Assembly: GCA_963851445.1 (NCBI GenBank)
Contig: CAWKPH010000002.1
Location: 25,716 to 89,715 of the forward strand
Length of the DNA: 64,000 bases
Direction of reading: 5' to 3'
Source of the DNA: an uncultured bacterium
GTDB taxonomy: Bacteria > Patescibacteriota > Minisyncoccia > Phycocordibacterales > Phycocordibacteraceae
A program made the position numbers and the translations under genes. The notes under the pieces were generated by a model that had not been told where the DNA came from, searched no databases, and worked only from the letters and a program-made list of their open reading frames with translations. Shown in pieces: positions 9,761 to 17,697 of the stretch. Position 1 is the first letter of the stretch, and the number at the start of each line of letters is the position of its first letter.

Positions 9761-10330
9761 TTGGCCATGACAACCGAAACCTCAAAGACAGCTCTATTAG
9801 TCATGGACGTACAACCGAACATCCTTGAGCGACTGCCAAACAAAGATGAATATCTCGCGAAAGTAAGGATGGCCATAAATATAGCTCATGAAAAGAAGCT
9901 TCTGGTAATCTACGTTGTTGTCGGCTTTCGGTCGAACTTAGTTGAAGTAAGTAGTTTAAACAAATCATTTGGCGCAATAACAAAAGAAGCTGCTGTTGCG
10001 ATGGTAAATCCACTTCCTGCCATTGCGCCCCTTACAGACGACATTGTCGTCGTGAAGCGTCGTGTAAGCGCATTCAGTGGTAGTGATCTCGAAGTCGTTC
10101 TGCGCGCTCAGGGCATTCGGTGTCTTATACTCAGCGGAATTGCCACAAGCGGTGTTGTACTATCAACCATCCGCGAAGCAGCCGATAAGGATTATCAAAT
10201 GATCGTTCTTTCAGATCTGTGCGCCGATTTTGATTCGGAGGTGCATTCTGTTCTTATCAACAAAATATTTCCAAGACAAACTGACGTTATGACCAGTGAG
10301 GAGTGGATGAATCAGCAGCGTAACAAGTGA
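9761..10330 (+). CDS. isochorismatase-family cysteine hydrolase
   Basis: 'TALLVMDVQ', 'VVKRRVSAFSGSDLEVVLRAQGIRCLILSGIATSGVV…LSDLCAD' give the isochorismatase-like catalytic Asp/Lys/Cys arrangement. Confidence 0.75.
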   Translation: MAMTTETSKTALLVMDVQPNILERLPNKDEYLAKVRMAINIAHEKKLLVIYVVVGFRSNLVEVSSLNKSFGAITKEAAVAMVNPLPAIAPLTDDIVVVKRRVSAFSGSDLEVVLRAQGIRCLILSGIATSGVVLSTIREAADKDYQMIVLSDLCADFDSEVHSVLINKIFPRQTDVMTSEEWMNQQRNK

Positions 10331-10342
10331 TATAATCAAGCC

Positions 10343-10921
10343 ATGCAGTATTACAGCCTCTTTCTTGGCATTGTGTGGCTGGTGTTTGTTACGTACTGGC
10401 TCATTTCTGCCCTTGGTGCAAAAAGAAATGTGTACCTTAATTACAACGGACTTCTTGTCCGAATTGCAATCGTTTTCGTAATCTTGATACTTTTTCTACA
10501 CATGCAACTTTTCCCAGAGATTTCCTATCCCTCATTCCCATTCTTAAGCGTTAGACTTGCGAATCCAATCATCCGCATCACAGGAGATATTCTTGCTGTT
10601 ATTGGTGTTGCATTTGCGATATGGGCACGAGTATATCTAGGCAGGAACTGGGGCATGCCAATGTCCGTTAAAGAGAATCCTGAACTCGTGACAAGCGGGC
10701 CCTATAGATACGTGCGTCATCCTATTTACAGCGGAATGCTTCTTACAATGATCGGGTCGGTACTCGTTGAAGGACTTGTATGGATTATTCCGCTTATATT
10801 GTTTGGGATTTATTTTTTGTATGCGGCAAATCGTGAGGAAAAACTAAAGCTTCAAGAGTTTCCCGATCAATACTCTCTTTACAAAAAGAAAAGTAAAATG
10901 TTGATCCCCTTCATTTTTTGA
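10343..10921 (+). CDS. isoprenylcysteine carboxyl methyltransferase / phospholipid methyltransferase (ICMT/PEMT) family membrane protein
   Basis: Multi-TM protein with 'SGPYRYVRHPIYSGMLLTMIG…VEG', the ICMT/PEMT C-terminal signature. Confidence 0.7.
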   Translation: MQYYSLFLGIVWLVFVTYWLISALGAKRNVYLNYNGLLVRIAIVFVILILFLHMQLFPEISYPSFPFLSVRLANPIIRITGDILAVIGVAFAIWARVYLGRNWGMPMSVKENPELVTSGPYRYVRHPIYSGMLLTMIGSVLVEGLVWIIPLILFGIYFLYAANREEKLKLQEFPDQYSLYKKKSKMLIPFIF

Positions 10922-10960
10922 AAGTGCATTGAAAGATTAGAGAAGTGGTAGTATCCGCTT

Positions 10961-11533
10961 ATGGCATATAAGATTATTGTCATACCCGGTAACGGCGGCT
11001 CAACACCCAATAGTTCTTGGTATCACTATCTAGAACAAACGCTGACCTCTTCGTCTCATATAACAGTTGTAAATACTAAGTTTCCTGATGCGCTGCTTGC
11101 GCGCAGAAAATACTGGCTTCCATTCATAGAAGCACTCGGAACTGATGAAAAGACGATCCTCGTTGGACACTCGTCAGGCGCAGTTGCAGCTATGCGATAT
11201 GCACAAACTCACACAATACTTGGCTCTATACTTGTTGCAGCATGTTACACAGATCTAGGTGTCTGGACCGAAACATTGAGCGGTTACTACAAAGATCCGT
11301 GGGAATGGGATTTAATCAGGAAGAATCAGAAGTGGATAATCCAATTTGCCTCCGTTGATGATCCTTTTATACCAATAGCGGAAGCACGATTCGTCCATGA
11401 ACACCTGGCATCCGAATATCACGAATATGGGAACCGAGGACACTTTATCGAGAACGAATTACCCGAAGTCGTAACGGCGATCAAGAGAAAATTGGATTTG
11501 ATTGTGCCACACCAACATAACCGTGCTCGATAA
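10961..11533 (+). CDS. alpha/beta-fold serine hydrolase, RBBP9/YdeN-like
   Basis: 'IIVIPGNGGSTP…WY' and the nucleophile elbow 'VGHSSGA' in a 190 aa product are typical of PF06821-like serine hydrolases. Confidence 0.65.
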   Translation: MAYKIIVIPGNGGSTPNSSWYHYLEQTLTSSSHITVVNTKFPDALLARRKYWLPFIEALGTDEKTILVGHSSGAVAAMRYAQTHTILGSILVAACYTDLGVWTETLSGYYKDPWEWDLIRKNQKWIIQFASVDDPFIPIAEARFVHEHLASEYHEYGNRGHFIENELPEVVTAIKRKLDLIVPHQHNRAR

Positions 11534-11742
11534 TGGCTACTTTCTGTAGTACTTTCATATGGTAATTATCTAGAAAGATACCACGGAGAATTTCTAACTG
11601 CTATGGTGAATGGTGGACTCATATCCTGATTTGTTTAAGCATAGAGCCTACTCAAACTCTCCCCATCCCCTATACTCGAAGGCAATTTGTGGTATACTAT
11701 CTTAAACGCGTACTGCGTTTCTAATAACTATCTGCTACTTCT

Positions 11743-12210
11743 ATGTTTACTCTCATGGCTAGTGTATTCGCTGGACTTTCAATAGCTTGGGGAAGTTTAT
11801 TCGGAGGTCACACATCTCCACCCCATACACCTCCTGGTATGACAAACCATACCACTCCACCGGGCGGTGGGATGGGATCAATGCCTCACCAAGCGCCATT
11901 TATGGTCGTGCCTGTCTTGCGTGGCAAGGTGACGGTTATAGCGGGTACGACCTTAACTGTTGTTGGTGGAACTGGTGTTAACTCAGCAGCCACAACAACC
12001 TATATGGTCGACGCAAGTAACGCGAAAGTCCGCAAGGACATGGTGGCCTCAACCGTAAGTGCTATACAAGTAGGGGATAACGTGCTCATCAATGGATGGG
12101 TAAGTGGGAGTAATGTAAGGGCAGCACTGATCATTGACGGCATACCGGTTGGCAGAATGCAGCCGCTAACTTCTCCAGCAGGACAGAGCTCGGCGCAGGG
12201 AACTTCGTAA
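11743..12210 (+). CDS. hypothetical secreted/membrane-anchored protein (DUF5666-like beta domain)
   Basis: N-terminal hydrophobic segment and Pro/Thr-rich linker, then 'GKVTVIAGTTLTVVGG…VGDNVLINGWVSGSNVRAALI'. Confidence 0.4.
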   Translation: MFTLMASVFAGLSIAWGSLFGGHTSPPHTPPGMTNHTTPPGGGMGSMPHQAPFMVVPVLRGKVTVIAGTTLTVVGGTGVNSAATTTYMVDASNAKVRKDMVASTVSAIQVGDNVLINGWVSGSNVRAALIIDGIPVGRMQPLTSPAGQSSAQGTS

Positions 12211-12252
12211 TCCTTATAAAAGTGAAGGAAAACTAAGTAAAAAGCCTAGAAA

Positions 12253-12283
12253 AGAGCCCTCCGGAGGAGGGCTCTTTTCTTTG
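12253..12283 (+). terminator. rho-independent terminator
   Basis: AGAGCCCTCC-GGA-GGAGGGCTCT followed by a T-run. Confidence 0.65.
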
Positions 12284-12309
12284 ACAAAGGACTTGCAAAA
12301 TAGTGAAAT

Positions 12310-13785
12310 GTGAGGTATAAGACAGGCATACTAATGAGGCATATTATGAAAAAAACAGCATACCTAAGCGTTATTTTTACTCTTGCAGCAGCCGGCCTAG
12401 CATCAACGGCCAATGCGCAGACGACCTATGTCTACCAGACACCGGGATACTCAACCCCTGCCTACGGGGTGGCGCCAGCATACAACGAAGTCTCTCCGTA
12501 TGCTGAGCTAGCACCAACCTCAGGCTGCATTGATTTGACCAATTATCTTGAACTCGGGTCAACCGATTCGGAAACTATAGGCCAAGTCACTCTTCTCCAG
12601 GAATTCTTGAACCGAACAGGATACCTTAGTGGCGTATCGGGTATTTTTGACACGGGTACCTACGGCGCAGTTATTAACTATCAAAATTCCCATGGTATTC
12701 CTCCAACAGGAACGGTGGGGCCCATAACTGGAGCCTCCATTAACAGTCAAAGCTGCGGCGCATCAGTTGAGCCGATAAACTACAATCCAACCCCATATCA
12801 GAATACAAATCCATATCAGTACAACCCTGGCTACTACGGTAATCCTATTTCGATCTCCTCACTCTCAACTAACTCAGGATATGCAGGCGAAATCGTAACG
12901 ATATATGGTTCAAACCTCTCAGGATTTAACGATGAGGTTCATATAGGGAATTCAACCGTTGCGCCCAATAGTACCTCGAATGATTCACTTTCATTTGTTG
13001 TACCGTCATTCAGCTACGGAACCTATGCCGTATACGTCTCTAACAGTTTTGCTACAAGTAACTCACTTCAATTCACCGTCATCGGCGGTAATAACAACTG
13101 TTACTCAGGAGAAACTTACCAGTGCAATTGCGTAACACCTCTTGTCTACAACTACGGCTCTTCGTATAACTACAACCCGAGCTATCCAAATCAATGTGGC
13201 AATGGATACTCGAGCGTATCGCTCAACTCTCTTAGTAGCACCTATGGATATCCAGGAGAAAGTGTGACCATCTTTGGCTCCGGATTCTCAAGTGATAACA
13301 GCGTCTACTTTGGAAACGAAACGCTCACCGATGTCTACTCAAGTGATAATGGTACGCAACTGACATTCACTGTCCCATCAAATTATCCTTCAGGAACCGT
13401 TAGCATTTCGGTTTCAAACGGAAATGGCTCAACAAGTAATTCGCTCACATTCACCGTAAATGGCTCAAACAACTGCAGTTCATATAACTCGTACAATTCG
13501 TACAACAATGACTGTATATGGAACGGTCAAAGCGGACAGCCAAACATCTCGTATATCTCACCCGCACAGTCCTACCCTGGATCTAACGTAACAATCGAAG
13601 GCTCCAACCTTTCGGAAGGAGACACAATCTACTTCAATAATTCAAGCGTCGTAAGTGGATCATCCTTCGACAATGGCACGCAGATGAATTTTACTGTTCC
13701 ATACCTCAACCCAGGAACATATAGCGTCTATGTAACGAATCAAAATAGGGAATCAAGCAATATTTTCAGCTTTACCATTGAATAA
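12310..13785 (+). CDS. secreted protein: PG_binding_1-like domain plus three IPT/TIG-like repeats
   Basis: Signal peptide. 'IGQVTLLQEFLNRTGYL…GTYGAVINYQNSHGIPPTGTVGPIT' is the PG-binding signature. Three ~90-aa repeats each end in '…SNSLxFTV'. Paralogous to 8666–9688. Confidence 0.7.
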   Translation: MRYKTGILMRHIMKKTAYLSVIFTLAAAGLASTANAQTTYVYQTPGYSTPAYGVAPAYNEVSPYAELAPTSGCIDLTNYLELGSTDSETIGQVTLLQEFLNRTGYLSGVSGIFDTGTYGAVINYQNSHGIPPTGTVGPITGASINSQSCGASVEPINYNPTPYQNTNPYQYNPGYYGNPISISSLSTNSGYAGEIVTIYGSNLSGFNDEVHIGNSTVAPNSTSNDSLSFVVPSFSYGTYAVYVSNSFATSNSLQFTVIGGNNNCYSGETYQCNCVTPLVYNYGSSYNYNPSYPNQCGNGYSSVSLNSLSSTYGYPGESVTIFGSGFSSDNSVYFGNETLTDVYSSDNGTQLTFTVPSNYPSGTVSISVSNGNGSTSNSLTFTVNGSNNCSSYNSYNSYNNDCIWNGQSGQPNISYISPAQSYPGSNVTIEGSNLSEGDTIYFNNSSVVSGSSFDNGTQMNFTVPYLNPGTYSVYVTNQNRESSNIFSFTIE

Positions 13786-13820
13786 AATCATTCAAGAAAT
13801 TAACAAAGCTGCGGAAAAAA

Positions 13821-13850
13821 AGACGCCCTCATATGAGGGCGTCTTTTTAA
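13821..13850 (+). terminator. rho-independent terminator (likely bidirectional)
   Basis: AGACGCCCTC-ATAT-GAGGGCGTCT followed by TTTTT. Confidence 0.7.
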
Positions 13851-13860
13851 GTACTATTGC

Positions 13861-14076
13861 CTAGTTTACGCCGTTAACCGCGCTTTGTATGCCGCCCACA
13901 TAATTTGTGAGGAAGTAGGGAATAACAAAGACTAGGCCAATAGCTGGAAGCACTACTACAACGATCGAAATGACCATTGTCCAGAAGAAATACTTACGAG
14001 TTTTCTCAACGGAGATATATATTTTGTTAACTTTCTCCTCAAGTTCTGCAAAGCGCTGAGCAAGATCCGAATCCAT
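13861..14076 (-). CDS. small membrane protein (71 aa)
   Basis: Two predicted TM helices; no family recognised. Confidence 0.35.
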   Translation of the reverse strand: MDSDLAQRFAELEEKVNKIYISVEKTRKYFFWTMVISIVVVVLPAIGLVFVIPYFLTNYVGGIQSAVNGVN

Positions 14077-14152
14077 AGAGACAGTATACGATAGGTAATA
14101 AGCTTATTTATCCACGGTGCATCTCTTTTCGGAAAAGATATACTGGGCTGAT

Positions 14153-14650
14153 ATGAGTCCGAATAATTCAAATAATATCCGCATTATCACTATTGTAGCA
14201 GTAGTTGTAGTTGCTCTAGGCGCTCTAGCGTATGCGCTTCTTGGCAAAAAAATGACCAACCCTCAAACACAGAGCAACCTAACGAGCCCCTCAACCCCCG
14301 CTACGGTAGCGCCAGGTCCCGTTGCAAGTGCACCCGTAACTTCCCAAACTCAGGAATATAAGGATGGAACTTACACGGCTACCGGTAGTTACTTTTCTCC
14401 CGGCGGAGACGAGAAGCTCGGCGTCACACTGACACTCAAGGATGACATTATCAGCGCTGCAAGCGTGACGCCTGAACCAGCAACCCCTAATGGTGAAAAA
14501 TTTCAAACTATTTTTGAACATAACTTTCAGCCACTCGTGGTCGGTATGAATATCAGTACGGTTCATCTCACAAAAGTTTCGGGGTCCTCGCTAACGGGAG
14601 GAGGATTCGATGATGCTCTTGCTCAGATTGAGGTAGAAGCGAAGAATTGA
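14153..14650 (+). CDS. membrane-anchored FMN-binding-domain protein (NqrC/RnfG/PplA-like flavinylation substrate)
   Basis: N-terminal TM anchor, Ser/Thr/Pro linker, then an FMN_bind-like domain ending in 'HLTKVSGSSLTGGGFDD', which resembles the [ST]GA[ST]-type flavinylation motif. An upstream GTG at 14117 is the alternative start. Confidence 0.6.
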   Translation: MSPNNSNNIRIITIVAVVVVALGALAYALLGKKMTNPQTQSNLTSPSTPATVAPGPVASAPVTSQTQEYKDGTYTATGSYFSPGGDEKLGVTLTLKDDIISAASVTPEPATPNGEKFQTIFEHNFQPLVVGMNISTVHLTKVSGSSLTGGGFDDALAQIEVEAKN

Positions 14651-14654
14651 TCCT

Positions 14655-15539
14655 GTGAATGCGGAAACGTTTGAAGCAATAGGTACGAAATGGCGGATTG
14701 AACTGCCTGACATGCCGCCTAAGAAACGTGATGCGCTTTTCGAAGGCATTAGAAGGCGCATCGATGTTTTCGATCATACTTATTCACGCTTCAAACATGA
14801 CTCGTTTATATCAGACATTGCGCGCACTTCAGGAGCCTATGAGCTACCTGCCGACGCGAGGCCCCTATTTGACCTCTACCGCAAGCTATACGAGCTTACA
14901 AATGGCAAGTTTACGCCGCTCATAGGTCAGGTGCTTTCCGATGCAGGCTATGATGCGCACTATTCCCTGAAGCCCAAGACTCTTTTGAAACCACCTGCAT
15001 GGGAGGACGCCCTTGTATACGAATTTCCCAAACTTACGGTTCTTGAACCAGTTCTTCTTGATTTTGGTGCAGGCGGTAAGGGATATCTTGTAGATCTAAT
15101 TTCAGAAATGATAGAAAGAGTTTTCGAGAATGATTCTAAAAGCATTCTTTCCTACAGCGTTAACGCAGGAGGTGATATACGCCTTAAGTCCAGCATCTCT
15201 CAAGGGGAACGCATTGGACTTGAACATCCGGATCATTCCGAACAAGTTATCGGTATCGCTACTATAAGCGAAGGGAGCATCTGCGGATCGGCAGGGAATC
15301 GCCGCACGTGGGGCGAATTCCATCACACGATTGATCCAGATACACTCGCTTCGCCGCAACACATTAAAGCTATATGGGTAACGGCTAAGAGCGCGCTACT
15401 CGCTGACTCTCTGAGCACGTGCCTCTATTTTGTTTCACCGGATTCTCTCCGCAGCTCGTATACCTTTGAGTATCTTATAGTGTATAAAGACCTGACTTTC
15501 GAATCCTCGCCTAATTTTCCAGCCAAACTCTTTACGTAG
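14655..15539 (+). CDS. apbE: FAD:protein FMN transferase (ApbE family)
   Basis: 'YSRFKHDSFISDI', 'GGKGYLVDLISE', 'GDIRLKS', 'HHTIDPDT' are ApbE family motifs. The GTG start overlaps the stop of the upstream gene. Confidence 0.8.
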   Translation: MNAETFEAIGTKWRIELPDMPPKKRDALFEGIRRRIDVFDHTYSRFKHDSFISDIARTSGAYELPADARPLFDLYRKLYELTNGKFTPLIGQVLSDAGYDAHYSLKPKTLLKPPAWEDALVYEFPKLTVLEPVLLDFGAGGKGYLVDLISEMIERVFENDSKSILSYSVNAGGDIRLKSSISQGERIGLEHPDHSEQVIGIATISEGSICGSAGNRRTWGEFHHTIDPDTLASPQHIKAIWVTAKSALLADSLSTCLYFVSPDSLRSSYTFEYLIVYKDLTFESSPNFPAKLFT

Positions 15540-15541
15540 CT

Positions 15542-17059
15542 ATGAATGCCATTGATCAACTACTCAACAAAATAACGATGTATCGATTAGTTCTGTCGAG
15601 CCTTGCAATACTCGCTGCAATTTCGCTTGTGCTTGCATTCTTTGGGATGCTTCCTTTTTCTGCAATCGATCTGGCCATTTCATTCGTTATTCTTATCTTT
15701 ACAGCACGCATAGTAAACGGCGCATGCGCATTGTTCTTCAAAGCATCACCAACTCCTGAATCGGCGTATATTACAGGTCTCATACTCTTTTTCATACTAT
15801 CGCCAATCCAAAATGCTCACGACGCACTTATTCTTATACTTGCTGCGACGATTGCGATGCTTTCTAAGTACCTCCTCGTACTACGCAAACAACACATATT
15901 TAATCCAGCTGCACTTTCAGCTTTTATTCTCACGCTTTGCGGCAGTGCAGCAGCATCATGGTGGGTTGCGACGCCTGTACTTCTGCCATTCGTTATCGTG
16001 GTTGGGCTCCTCATTGTTCGGAAAATTCGCAGGTTTGATTTGTTCTGCTCATTTTTTGTCACCGCCATCTTCGTATTTATCGTACACGCTGAACTCTCCT
16101 CAACGGATACTGCGTTATTCACGACTCTTATTCAGTTCCTCATATCATGGCCACTTATATTCCTAGGCACCATCATGCTTACTGAGCCACAGACGATGCC
16201 CACTAGTCATATCGATCGGATCATCTACGGTACCCTTGTTGGTTTTCTTTTCTCAATTTCATTCACCCTAGGGCCGCTTACCGCTACCCCCGAATTTGCA
16301 CTCATTGTTGGGAATATGTATGCGCTTGCGGTAAGTAACCGGAGGCGTATTACGCTCACACTCCATTCAATTACGCAGCTTGCTCACGATACGTATGAAT
16401 ATGCTTTCATACCAAACAATCCGATTTCCTTTGCACCGGGTCAATACATGGAATGGACGACACCACACGAAAAAGTTGATAAACGAGGTATTCGCAGATA
16501 CTTCACTATTGCTTCAGCACCTGGGGATACCTATATACGAGCAGGCATGAAGCTGCCCGTTGAAGGTAGCTCGTTCAAGAGGAGACTGCGTAGTATGAAA
16601 ATAGGAACCGCAATTTCTGCAGTAAATATTACTGGTCATTTCACGATGCCTAAAGATCCAAACGAGCCCATTGCTGCAATTGCTGGTGGCATCGGCATTA
16701 CGCCCTTTATGAGCATGTTTCGATATCTCCATAGTCGTGGCGAACATCGTGACATCGTACTCATTTATTGCGCACCCACGCCTCTGGATTTTGCATACCG
16801 AGAAGAAATTGATTCGTATAAGGACACCATTGGTCTTCGCGTCATATACCTGCCAACAGATTTCGAGGAGATGGTCGGATGGAAGGGGGCTTCAGGGTTT
16901 GTCACCGATACCCTTATAAAAAGAGAGATCAAGGACTTCAGTAAACGCCATTGGTATCTTTCAGGACCAAGCGCTATGGTTGACGCATATAAAAAGCTTA
17001 TTCGTACCCTTGGCACCCCAGACAACAAAATCAAAACTGATTATTTCCCAGGTTTCTAG
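15542..17059 (+). CDS. fusion protein: RnfD/NqrB-like polytopic membrane domain + ferredoxin-NAD(P) reductase-like FAD/NAD-binding domain
   Basis: N-terminal ~260 aa has multiple TM helices, the RnfD/NqrB-like 'QHIFNPAA' and an 'MLTEPQT' stretch that aligns with RnfD 'ILTDPVT'. C-terminal ~250 aa has 'RRYFTIASAP' (the RxYS FAD-binding motif) and 'IAGGIGITPFMSM' (NAD(P)-binding), like the NqrF/FNR module. Confidence 0.65.
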   Translation: MNAIDQLLNKITMYRLVLSSLAILAAISLVLAFFGMLPFSAIDLAISFVILIFTARIVNGACALFFKASPTPESAYITGLILFFILSPIQNAHDALILILAATIAMLSKYLLVLRKQHIFNPAALSAFILTLCGSAAASWWVATPVLLPFVIVVGLLIVRKIRRFDLFCSFFVTAIFVFIVHAELSSTDTALFTTLIQFLISWPLIFLGTIMLTEPQTMPTSHIDRIIYGTLVGFLFSISFTLGPLTATPEFALIVGNMYALAVSNRRRITLTLHSITQLAHDTYEYAFIPNNPISFAPGQYMEWTTPHEKVDKRGIRRYFTIASAPGDTYIRAGMKLPVEGSSFKRRLRSMKIGTAISAVNITGHFTMPKDPNEPIAAIAGGIGITPFMSMFRYLHSRGEHRDIVLIYCAPTPLDFAYREEIDSYKDTIGLRVIYLPTDFEEMVGWKGASGFVTDTLIKREIKDFSKRHWYLSGPSAMVDAYKKLIRTLGTPDNKIKTDYFPGF

Positions 17060-17087
17060 CAGGTTGTACACAGAGTGTACTGGTCAT

Positions 17088-17101
17088 CGAACAATTGTTC
17101 G
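17088..17101 (+). promoter_or_regulatory. LexA (Cheo-type) SOS box CGAACAATTGTTCG inside the lexA promoter spacer
   Basis: Perfect palindrome matching the Gram-positive SOS box CGAACRNRYGTTCG. It sits between TGGTCA (17081–17086) and TATACT (17104–17109), 15 nt upstream of the lexA ATG. A second palindrome GTACACAGAGTGTAC lies at 17066–17080. Confidence 0.6.
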
Positions 17102-17116
17102 AATATACTGAGAACG

Positions 17117-17692
17117 ATGGTTTCCAAATCCTCTGCTAATTATAAAAACAGAATCCAGAAATTCTACCGCACTCATAAGCGCATGCCATCTATTACAGAA
17201 GTCATGAGCCTATGTGGATTTACCTCACGAAGTTCGGCGTTTTACGTCGTTAACCAACTTGTACGGGAAGGAGTGGTTGAGAAAGACACCAGTGGGAAAT
17301 TAATACCGACCGGAAAACTTCATGAACTCCCGTTGGTGGGACATATTCGCGCCGGCTTTGCAGCGCCTGCGGAGGATGAGCTTGCCGATCTTGTGTCAGT
17401 AGGCGAATTTCTTATCCCAAATCCTACGAGAAGCTATCTTCTCAAAGTCGAAGGTGATTCTATGATAGATGCCGGTATTCAGGAAGGCGATATGGTCATA
17501 TTCGAACGCACTAAAGATGCAAAACCAGGACAGATGGTCGTGGCACTCACTGAGGATGGGTATACTCTTAAATTTCTTCGTAAGCACGGCACGCAACTTT
17601 ACCTCGAGGCGGCCAACGAGCGCTATCCGGACATTCGACCGATTTGGGGCGAAATAATTGGAGTTGTCACAGCTACTTTCCGAAAATACTAG
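17117..17692 (+). CDS. lexA: LexA repressor (wHTH + S24 peptidase)
   Basis: N-terminal winged-helix ('ITEVMSLCGFTSRSSAFYVVNQLVREGVV') and a C-terminal S24 domain with 'GDSMIDAGIQEGD' (Ser nucleophile) and a downstream Lys. The ORF track's GTG at 17075 is upstream of the SOS box, so ATG 17117 is preferred. Confidence 0.8.
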   Translation: MVSKSSANYKNRIQKFYRTHKRMPSITEVMSLCGFTSRSSAFYVVNQLVREGVVEKDTSGKLIPTGKLHELPLVGHIRAGFAAPAEDELADLVSVGEFLIPNPTRSYLLKVEGDSMIDAGIQEGDMVIFERTKDAKPGQMVVALTEDGYTLKFLRKHGTQLYLEAANERYPDIRPIWGEIIGVVTATFRKY

Positions 17693-17697
17693 AGCGT

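Noticed and set aside
12310-13785. Short amino-acid repeats (SYNSYNSYNN) and the three ~90-aa internal repeats as DNA tandem repeats / mobile repeats
   Set aside because: They are in-frame protein-domain (IPT/TIG-like) repeats with diverged DNA sequence, not tandem DNA repeats or IS-related repeats.
17644-17697. ORF-track start of the Y-family polymerase at 17644 (TTG), overlapping lexA by 49 nt
   Set aside because: A TTG start embedded in the lexA coding region is less likely than the in-frame GTG at 17698 just after the lexA stop. The N-terminal extension would add ~18 residues before the conserved 'ILHFDGD' with no homolog support I know of. Kept as an alternative.
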